Below, one piece after another: positions 55,860-64,000 of a DNA stretch of 64,000 bases (position 1 is the stretch's first letter; each line of letters begins with the position of its first letter). Source of the stretch: an uncultured Planctomycetaceae bacterium (GTDB taxonomy: Bacteria > Planctomycetota > Planctomycetia > Planctomycetales > Planctomycetaceae). The translations under genes were made by a program, and so were the position numbers. Below the pieces are notes generated by a model. That model was given only the letters and a program-made list of their open reading frames with translations. It ran no database searches and was not told the DNA's origin. Location: NCBI GenBank assembly GCA_963813715.1, contig CAWFAK010000017.1, positions 64,001-128,000 of the forward strand, given 5' to 3'.

Positions 55860-55930
55860 ACCAATTCCTTCTCTCGAATCTGTCCATCGAGACCAGAAAC
55901 TATACAGGGCTGCTAGGAACACGAGCCGTC

Positions 55931-56137
55931 ATGAATCAACACCACGACCATCCGGGCCATCACCATCACGATCACGCAGGTCATCACCCCGAGGAAAAGC
56001 CGGGTCGTCAGTTCCATAAAGACTGGCGCGTGTGGCTCGCGGTTGTCGTGATCCTGGCCGCGCTGGGGATCTACGTCCTCACCAATGGCGAAGTTCTCCG
56101 CCCAGCGCCGCCGCCGCAACCGCCCGCCGCGAAGTAA
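55931..56137 (+). CDS. Small His-rich membrane protein
   Basis: MNQHHDHPGHHHHDHAGHH N-terminus, one TM helix, Pro-rich tail; 68 aa. Confidence 0.75.
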   Translation: MNQHHDHPGHHHHDHAGHHPEEKPGRQFHKDWRVWLAVVVILAALGIYVLTNGEVLRPAPPPQPPAAK

Positions 56138-56193
56138 GACTCGCTATGTGCCACCCACCTTCTGGCGGCGATCCGTCGGCACGCGCGATTCCT

Positions 56194-56886
56194 TCACACG
56201 GTGCGCGTGGGCTCGTGCTCACCGCCGATGGCTGGAGCCGGCACCGGGGCCGCTGTTACGTGATGCGCATGATGCCCATGCTCGCCGGCAACCGGCAAGT
56301 GCCAGCCGCGGCGGACAGCGATCAAGCGCAGGCTGAAGCACAAGGTCGCTCCGAGAAAGGCCGCGATCGCCGACGGAATTTGGATCTGGTTTCCCAGCAC
56401 GACAATCGTCGCTCCGCCTCGCGCGGCTACCGCGTACAGCTCGGCCCGCAACACGACGGGAACTTCCGCCAGCAAGATGTCCCGGGCCATGCCGCCGCCG
56501 ATGCCCGTCAGCATTCCCAAGACGGCCGCCGGCGCGGGATGCAGTCCAAAGGTCAGCGCTTTCTCCGCCCCCGCCACGGCGAACAGCGCAAGCCCGGCCG
56601 CATCGAAGATCAGCACCGGATGCTTCAATCGCTCCACAAATCCGTCGGCGAAAAAGACCACGATGCCAGCCAGCAGAGATACGACTCCGTACCGCCAATC
56701 CCGCACGGCGACCGGCGGCACGTCGCCGATCATCAAATCTCGCGCGATGCCCCCCGCGGTCGCCGCCGCGAACGACAACACCAGCACCCCGAATAAATCG
56801 AGCTTACGCCGCACCCCGGCGGCGGCGCCGCTGATGGCAAACACAAACGTCCCGCAGAAATCGAGCACGGACAAGAGCGTGATCAT
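56194..56886 (-). CDS. Trimeric intracellular cation channel/UPF0126 (YadS-like) membrane protein
   Basis: GTFVFAISGA, LDLFG, GGIARD, DAAGLALF, GGGMARD. Confidence 0.92.
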   Translation of the reverse strand: MITLLSVLDFCGTFVFAISGAAAGVRRKLDLFGVLVLSFAAATAGGIARDLMIGDVPPVAVRDWRYGVVSLLAGIVVFFADGFVERLKHPVLIFDAAGLALFAVAGAEKALTFGLHPAPAAVLGMLTGIGGGMARDILLAEVPVVLRAELYAVAARGGATIVVLGNQIQIPSAIAAFLGATLCFSLRLIAVRRGWHLPVAGEHGHHAHHVTAAPVPAPAIGGEHEPTRTV

Positions 56887-56979
56887 GGACGGCTCCGAGG
56901 CGCGAGTCACTCGACCGAGCGCGCTGCTCGGCACGGACGGCATCTGCCGTAGAGGATAAAACTCGGTCCGCGCGGCCGT

Positions 56980-58249
56980 CTACTTGGCACTTTTCAACTT
57001 GAGAATCAGGCGGGTGCCTCGGCCGGCTATTGAATCGAACTGCAGAGTGCCGCCCATCAACTCGGCACGGTGCCGCATGATCCGCAGGCCCATCCCCGAG
57101 TTCCCGGCGGGATCTTTGGGCAGGCCGCGCCCGTTGTCTTCGACTGTGAGACGAAGGCCGTTGGTCTCTTCGAGCTTGATGAGGAGCTGGGTGGCGTTCG
57201 CGTGTCGGGCTGCATTGATTGTGGCTTCGCGGGCGATGAGGAACAGTTGGGTGGCCGTAAAGTTGCTTTCGATCGGTGGGGCGCTCTCGCATTCGCAGCG
57301 GCAAGAAATGCGGTAGATCGACGAGGTCTCTTTGGCAAGCTCCTCGAGAGCGATCCGCAGACCCTGCGAATCGACGTCGACCGGGAAGAGTCCCTTGGAG
57401 AGCGCGCGGATTTGCCTCTTGGCTTCCTCAATACTCGTCTCGAGCTTTTCGGACACTTCGGCGGACGTCCGCTCATTCTCCTGGTGATCCTTCAACGTCG
57501 CGGCCAGCACGCCGATCGCGGTCAGTTGCTGACCCAGCGTGTCGTGCAGCGCCCGGCCGAGCCGTTGGCGTTCTTGCTCGGTGAGGTCGGCCATTTCGTA
57601 CGCCAGCTGTTCCAACTGAGTCGTCCGTTGGGCGACGTCTTTTTCCAGCTGTACGCCGTAGTCCGTCAGGGCTTGTTCGCGCTCCCGACGATCGGTCACG
57701 TCCGTGATGATGATCACGACTCCGCCAATGTGACTATCGTCTGTGCGGTACGGAACGATTCGCTGCAAGTAGCTGCGGCCGGCGGTGTCTTGAATCTCCT
57801 TGGCGCGGGGCGTCAGGTCACGCAACACCCGCTGGGCATCCGGCAATAAGTCGTCGTCCGTGAAGTTTCTGGCAAGATCGCCGAGCGGTCGACCGATGTC
57901 GGATTGGATCACGCGGAAGAGTTTCGCGGTGGCATCCGTGAACCGCTTGATGCGCAGATCCGGGTCGAGCAGGATCGTGGCCACCTCGGTGATCGACAGT
58001 AGGTTGTCCAAGTCGCTATTAGTCGATTCCAGCTCGGCGACCTTTTGCGCGAGTTGGTGGTTGACGGTCTGCATCTCTTCGTTGAGTGACTGCAGGTCCT
58101 CATTGACCGAAGTGACCTCTTCCGCGATTCGCTGCGGCCAACCCGCGCGGGCCGTTCGACCGGCGCGGGGACGACCGTGGCCGGCGCTTCGCGGGCTTCG
58201 TTCGCCGGACGGACTTCTTGCCGCCCGGTGGCTTTTTTTTCTTCGCCAT
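56980..58249 (-). CDS. PAS-domain sensor histidine kinase, HisKA_3 type (frameshift near 58125-58150)
   Basis: EDLQSLNEEMQTVN coiled coil, PAS (DIGRPL-D), ERQRLGRALHD, EATINAARHA, DNGRG, GMGL. Confidence 0.88.
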
Positions 58250-58632
58250 GCTGCTGCCGCTCGCGGCACAGAGAGACGATTCGCCGAGCACGCGGCGAAC
58301 GGTCTGGTCCGCAGCCGGATCTTATCCCCGCCGAGCCGGGGGTTCAAAGAGACGCCACGCCGCCGGTCGCGACTCCGCCGGACAAGCCTTAGCCGTGCCG
58401 CCCGACCTGCGTCATTTCTCGTACGGCGGGGGGCTTTGGCGACGGCGCGGCTCCCCGCGGCCGACGGTCCCTCTCTCCCGGGGGTAGCTGCGGCCTTGCT
58501 GTTGACCAAATGAGCAAATTTGGCGAAACAGGCGACCGTTTCGAGCCTCCTTTGGCGTTTGCGAAACCGTTCGTCTGTCCGCTCCGTCGGGCTCCGCACC
58601 TGCGATCGCCCGAGGCCAATCCCGAGATCGCG

Positions 58633-59506
58633 ATGAAGAACGAAGCCCTCAAAAGCCAGTCGCCTGTCCCTTCCGTCCCGACGGCCGATGCGGCGGCATC
58701 CGCCGGCGATCTGCGGCCTTCGCTGCGGCTGGCCGGCACGCCCCAGCTTTCGCAGGAAGAATACGAACGCGTGCTGCAGCAGGTGGCCTCCGAGCTGTTT
58801 CTCAATGACGAGCAATATCGCAAGTCCGTCGTGCTCCGCGAGGTCCGCAAGGTTGTGCTCGGCTGGGGGACGGCGATCGGCATCGGCAGCCTGATCGCCG
58901 TGATGACGCTCTATATCAACGCGCGTGACGCGCTCAAGCAGACCACGACGACGGAATTGTCGAAGGCGGTCAAGGACCACGTGGCGTCGCGGAGCGAGTT
59001 GCTCAACGACTCGATCAAGTCGCTTACCACAACGGCGATCGGACAGATCGTGCACGTGCAGAAGGAATTGGAAGGCGCCGAGAGCGCCCTCGACCGGTCC
59101 GAGCAGCAGCTGGCTCTCGCCAATCAGCAGAGCGCCGATTTGCAGCGACGCATCGCCAGCATCTCGGAGACGCTCAAGCTGGTCCAACAGAACGCGGCCT
59201 GGTTGGGAGACATTCAAAACGCCCAGCGCGTTGCCAGCTTCATCCGCACGCTGTCGCAGGAGCGGAATGCCAAGGCGGTCGGCGATCTGCTGGTGCGGAT
59301 CGATCGCGTCGAAGCCCTGCAGATTGAAAGTGAAATCGTCCGGACAGCCGCAAGCAACGAGGCGCAGCGCCGCCGCGATTGCCGCCGACATGACTCGCCT
59401 CATCTTGAACGCGCCGAAAGAGCAGCAGGGGAAAGTCGACCCGGTCAAGAGCCATGCCTTCGATAAGTGGGACGCCTACATCAAGACGGCCGATCCGCCG
59501 AAGTGA
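58633..59506 (+). CDS. Hypothetical membrane-anchored coiled-coil protein (probable frameshift near 59370)
   Basis: One TM segment followed by a heptad-rich helical region. Confidence 0.6.
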
Positions 59507-59608
59507 CCGGCGGACGCGAGGGGCGGTGGTCCGAATCGCCCGGCGACTGCTAAAGTTGGGTAATCGGGCCGCGAAATCGCGCGGTCCGAGCCGTGGAGGC
59601 ATCCCAGC

Positions 59609-60719
59609 ATGACATCACCCAGCATGGCAGCGACTGCTCGTCTTTCTTCGGTCAGTCCTGCGCGTACGGGCGGCCGCGTTCTGCGCGAAATATGGGATGC
59701 GCATGCCGATCCTGATGGCGCCGATGGCCGGCGCCTGCCCGGCGACTCTCGCTGCCGCGGTGGCCAACGCGGGCGGGATGGGAGCGATGGGAGCCCTCGT
59801 CAGCCCACCGGCCGCCATTCGCACGTGGGTTGAGCAATTTCGCTCGGCAGGTGGCGAGGCGTGCCAACTCAACACGTGGATTCCCGACCCTCCGCCGCGC
59901 CGTGATGCCGAGGCCGAAGCCCGCGTCCGCGAGTTCCTCGCCTCGTGGGGACCGCCTGTCGCCGCCAACGCGGGGGACGTCGCCCCGCCCGACATGAACG
60001 CGCAGGTCGAAGTCTTCCTTGAACTGAAGCCGACGATCGTCTCCTCGATCATGGGGCTTTACCCGCCCGAGTATGTCTCGCGACTCAAGCAAAACGGCAT
60101 CGCCTGGTTCGCCACGGCGACGACACTCGACGAAGCCCGCCAGGCCGAAGCCGCGGGGGCTGATGCCATCATCGCTCAAGGGGCAGAGGCTGGCGGCCAC
60201 CGCGGATCGTTTGACCAGGCGGCAGCCGAGCGACAACTCGTCGGGCTTTTTGCGTTGCTTCCGCGACTGGCCGATCACGTCGGCATTCCGATCATCGCGG
60301 CCGGCGGGATCGGCGACGGTCGCGGCGTGGCGGCGGCGCTCGTGCTTGGCGCGAGTGCGGCAATGGTCGGCACTGCCCTGCTCCGCTGCCCGGAAGCCAA
60401 AACGCATCCGGCTTGGGCCGCCGCGCTCGATCAGCTCGAGCCGGAAGGCACGACGCTGACCCGCGCGTTCACCGGACGTCTGGGCCGCGCGATCGCCACC
60501 AACTACGTCAAAGCGGCCGCCGCGCCGGGCGCTCCACCGCCCTCGCCCTACCCAGTGCAACGCGGATTGACGGGCGCGATGAAGGAAGCGGGCGCCGCCG
60601 CCAACGACGTGCACCGCATGCAGGCCTGGGCCGGCCAATCCGCGGCGCTGGCCAAACCAATCCCCGCCGGCGACCTCGTGCGACAAATCTGGGACGAAGC
60701 TCAAGCGCTCTTGGCGTGA
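59609..60719 (+). CDS. Nitronate monooxygenase/NAD(P)H-dependent flavin oxidoreductase (frameshift near 59670)
   Basis: [46 protein letters not shown]. Confidence 0.92.
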
Positions 60720-60738
60720 GCGCGATTGCTACGGCCGC

Positions 60739-62127
60739 TCACGGTTTCGGAAGCTGCTTCAGGTGATAGGACTTCACGCGCGTCAGCGTCGAATAGCCCA
60801 GGGCCGAGAGGGTGATGCCGCGGCCCGTTTCTTTGACGCCCGTCCACGCCAGTGCCGGATCGAGATAGTCGCAACGGTTCATGAAAACGGTGCCCGTCTC
60901 GATCTGTTCGCCGATGCGTTCGGCAGCGTCGACGTCCTGTGTCCAAATCGAGGCGGTCAGACCGTAGGGGCTGTCGTTCATCAGGCGGATGGCCTCTTCG
61001 TCTGAGTCAACGGGCATCACGCCGACCACCGGGCCGAACGTCTCGTCGCGCATCACGGCCATCTCGTGGTTCACATTTACTAGAACCTTCGGTGCGAGAT
61101 ACGGGGAACCGGGCTTATCAGGGGGAAACGTATTGGGCGGCACGAGACGCCGGGCCCCCTGTGCGACGGCCTCGTCAATTTGCTTTCGCACAAAGTCGGC
61201 GGCCGTCCCGCGAACCATCGGGCCGAGCGTGGTTTCCGGATCGAGCGGATTGCCGAGCACGTATTTCGACGCGAATTCGACGATGCCGGCGACCACGCGA
61301 TCGAAGTGCCGTTTGTGCACGTAGACTCGTTCGACCGCGCAGCACGACTGCCCCGAGTTGAAAAACGCCCCGTCGGCGATGTTCTCGATCGCGTAGGGCA
61401 AGTCGGCGTCGGCCCGCACGTACGCCGGGTCCTTTCCGCCCAATTCGAGACCTGTGCCGATGAACGTGCCGGCGGCCGCCGTTTCGATCTGGCGGCCGCC
61501 CGCGACCGAGCCGGTGAAATTCACCTGGTGCACGCGGCCCGAGCGGATGATCTGCCCCGTTTGCTCATGATCGAGCACCAGGTTACGAAACAGCCCCGGC
61601 GGCAACTCGGCCCGATCGAAGGCGACCTGAAACCGCTCGCCCACGAGCAACGTCTGCGCCGCGTGTTTCAGCAGCACGGCATTCCCCGCCATTAGCGCCG
61701 GCACGACAGAATTGACCGCCGACAAATATGGATAATTCCAAGGCGCGATCACGAACACAGTGCCGAGCGGCTCGCGTCGCACAAAGCGGCGAAAACCGTC
61801 GACGGGCACGGGACAATGATCGGCCAGCGCGCTCGGCGCGATCTCGATCATGTGCCGGGCCCGCTCCGCCGTCCGCAACACTTCGTTGCGACCATACCGC
61901 ACGGGTCGACCCATCTGCCGCGCCAGCTCCGCGGCGATTTCGTCGGCCATTGCCACGAGCGCATCGACGGCCCGCAGACAGAACCGCGCCCGCTCGGCGA
62001 CGGGGGTGGCGCTCCACTGCCGCTGCGCCGTTTGCGCGACCTTGAGTGCAGCATCAACCTCGGACTGCGTGGCCAAGGACCGTTCGGCGACAACCGAGCC
62101 ATCGATCGGCGAGATGATTTTGACCAT
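60739..62127 (-). CDS. Aldehyde dehydrogenase family protein
   Basis: PWNYP, FTGS, LELGGKDP, NSGQSCC, ETFGPV. Confidence 0.95.
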   Translation of the reverse strand: MVKIISPIDGSVVAERSLATQSEVDAALKVAQTAQRQWSATPVAERARFCLRAVDALVAMADEIAAELARQMGRPVRYGRNEVLRTAERARHMIEIAPSALADHCPVPVDGFRRFVRREPLGTVFVIAPWNYPYLSAVNSVVPALMAGNAVLLKHAAQTLLVGERFQVAFDRAELPPGLFRNLVLDHEQTGQIIRSGRVHQVNFTGSVAGGRQIETAAAGTFIGTGLELGGKDPAYVRADADLPYAIENIADGAFFNSGQSCCAVERVYVHKRHFDRVVAGIVEFASKYVLGNPLDPETTLGPMVRGTAADFVRKQIDEAVAQGARRLVPPNTFPPDKPGSPYLAPKVLVNVNHEMAVMRDETFGPVVGVMPVDSDEEAIRLMNDSPYGLTASIWTQDVDAAERIGEQIETGTVFMNRCDYLDPALAWTGVKETGRGITLSALGYSTLTRVKSYHLKQLPKP

Positions 62128-62261
62128 AATTCCTGTGTGAATTCCGTAAGCGATCCGGGTGACTCGCGAAGATTATAGCGAATGGCAAAGTCGATCGAGC
62201 CCGTCCGGTCGAACCGCGGACTCTACGAACGGTCGCGGCTGGAAGAGACGAAAGCCGTGAG

Positions 62262-63305
62262 CTAAGAGTGCGCTTTCACGGGAACCGCCGGTGGAGCGAA
62301 TGTTTTCAGCGTAATCATGCCCAGGTCGACCGGCCGCCGCTCGAGTTTTTCGCTGATCGGCGGCACCTCAAATGCGTAACCCATAACGAATAGCTTGCCG
62401 CCAATAAGAGGTACGCTTAGGTAGTATTTACCGGCCGGCACATCGTCGATGGAGAATTCTCCCCGATCGTCAACGGTGGCCAGAAAACTCAGCTCCCCCA
62501 ATCCGCCTCTTCGATCGCGGTGAATATCAATGTTAGCGTCACCCCACCGCGGCTCGGGCCCGCCTTCGGGCGCCTTCAGTCGTCCGATGACCGTGCGCCC
62601 TGCGTTGCCGAAGTCGATGCGGGTGGTCTTTCCCGCAAAAAAGTGGGCAGTCATCCGGCAGGTGGACGTCATTTCGCGGGGCTCGCTCGGTTTGCGATTG
62701 CGAATACTCCTAATGTAGCTCAGGCCGGGTAACACGTGCTCGAAGGCGTAGCGGCCGTGGGCGTCGGTTTTTTGTTGATTCGATGTTGTCAGGTGGGCGA
62801 CACCTTCGCCGATCCACAGGTTGGTGTGCCCTTCGATTCCCAGTTGCAGATTTGCACACGGTTGACGCGCGACCATGTACGTCCCTTCGGCTCTCGCCCA
62901 CGGCGACAGTGAGATCGTTTTCGGAGGAGACGTTCGCGTGCCCTTCACTTGGGCCCAGCCCGAAGGATGCACGGCGACCAACCAAAACTCGTCCGCGTCG
63001 GTCGTGAAATGCCAGTGACCGCTCTGGTCGGGCTTTGTCGGCAGCGGCAGGGGTGACTGGACGAGTTCGCCGTTAAAGACCGCGGCCGATTCACCGAGTT
63101 CGAGCAGAACGACCTTGGCATCGGTCACTGCCTTCCCGTCGCTGCCGACAACGGCAACCGTAACGTCCAACGATTTTCCGGACCCGGAAAAGACTCCGGT
63201 CGCATGCAATGCCTCAAAGCATAAGAGCACTCCGGCGACGACGATCACGATGCGGAATTTTGTCCTGCCCAACGATCGCCGAATTGAAATGTCCCGGTCG
63301 CTCAT
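62262..63305 (-). CDS. Membrane-anchored protein with carboxypeptidase-regulatory/transthyretin-like beta-sandwich repeats
   Basis: TDAHGRYAF, VDDRGEFSIDDVPAGKY; N-terminal TM helix. Confidence 0.7.
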   Translation of the reverse strand: MSDRDISIRRSLGRTKFRIVIVVAGVLLCFEALHATGVFSGSGKSLDVTVAVVGSDGKAVTDAKVVLLELGESAAVFNGELVQSPLPLPTKPDQSGHWHFTTDADEFWLVAVHPSGWAQVKGTRTSPPKTISLSPWARAEGTYMVARQPCANLQLGIEGHTNLWIGEGVAHLTTSNQQKTDAHGRYAFEHVLPGLSYIRSIRNRKPSEPREMTSTCRMTAHFFAGKTTRIDFGNAGRTVIGRLKAPEGGPEPRWGDANIDIHRDRRGGLGELSFLATVDDRGEFSIDDVPAGKYYLSVPLIGGKLFVMGYAFEVPPISEKLERRPVDLGMITLKTFAPPAVPVKAHS

Positions 63306-63314
63306 GCGTCTCTT

Positions 63315-64000
63315 CTAACGCCGCACTTTCGCAGGCCCGGCGAACGGTTCGGGTGCCTTCAGCGTGAGCACCCCGAGGTCGACCGGGCGCTGCGACAGCT
63401 TTGCGTTGACCCGCGGCACGGTGAAATGGTGTGACTGCAGCAGCAGGGGCGGCGGGCCGGGAACAAAGGCGTGCAGGAGGTAGTCGCCGGGTGGGATCTC
63501 ATCGAGTGAGAAGTTGCCGTCGCTGTCGGGCTTGGCGGAAAATGTCGGGACGCTTTCGATATCAAACCAATCAATATCCGGCATGACCATAATCGAGGCC
63601 GAGCTCATCGAAACGTCGGATTTCGATTCGGGCGGCCGCCGTAACTGACCGATTACCGGCCGCCCCGCGCCGCCGACGTCGACGTGCATGATCTGGCCGG
63701 CGGGACAGTCGACCGGCACGGTGGCCGTGAAGGTGGTTTCGGACTTGCCCTTGCCGGTGACGCGTTTGACGATGATCCAATGCAGTCCGGAAATGGCACG
63801 ATCGAACGCGAATCGGCCGCTTGAATCCGTCGTCTGTGTATCTTGATCGCGGGGAGGAGCATTGCGCGGCGGCGCGTTCGAGGCGGACGAGGGGCTGGTG
63901 AGCAAAACTTCGACGTCGGACTGCGGTCGCCGGGCGACTTGGACCGTCCCTTCGACCCGCGCCCACGGCGTCAACTTGAGTTGCCGGGGATTGCCGCTCG
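63315..64000 (-). CDS. Paralog of the downstream beta-sandwich protein, 5'-truncated by the window edge
   Basis: PWARVEGT, TDSSGRFAF, DSDGNFSLDEIPPGDY, RPVDLG-TLK shared with 62262-63305. Confidence 0.7.
   Translation of the reverse strand, partial: SGNPRQLKLTPWARVEGTVQVARRPQSDVEVLLTSPSSASNAPPRNAPPRDQDTQTTDSSGRFAFDRAISGLHWIIVKRVTGKGKSETTFTATVPVDCPAGQIMHVDVGGAGRPVIGQLRRPPESKSDVSMSSASIMVMPDIDWFDIESVPTFSAKPDSDGNFSLDEIPPGDYLLHAFVPGPPPLLLQSHHFTVPRVNAKLSQRPVDLGVLTLKAPEPFAGPAKVRR

Noticed and set aside
56980..59448. 822-aa kinase ORF with a long N-terminal extension
   Set aside because: The upstream part is the antisense shadow of the plus-strand coiled-coil gene; the real start is probably 58249

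Overview
GC-rich bacterial chromosomal segment, most likely from a planctomycete. This is inferred from the lepA-lepB-lepB-lptB block with very long signal peptidases, the long NfeD, and the many signal-peptide-bearing hypothetical proteins. There are about 50 CDSs: housekeeping genes (queG, dapB, nadD, priA, lepA, two lepB, lptB), carbohydrate enzymes, proteases (NfeD/S49, C25, S41), a YtrA/GntR-ABC operon, and a sigma54-type heavy-metal RND efflux/signalling block. I saw no rRNA, tRNA, CRISPR array or transposase. Roughly 20 genes, including essential ones, are broken by single-base frameshifts. This points to uncorrected long-read indels rather than pseudogenisation, so broken genes were reconstructed by eye and their junction positions are approximate. 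The most interesting candidates are: (1) a PilZ-transmembrane-thioredoxin fusion next to a C25 cysteine peptidase; (2) a sigma54 promoter plus enhancer-like palindrome driving a receiver-MFP-CzcA-NtrC-FHA kinase operon, divergent from a His-rich membrane miniprotein; (3) an orphan aKG-HExxH peptide-modifying enzyme divergent from a Kelch/VOC pair. All family assignments come from motif recognition only; no database search was run.
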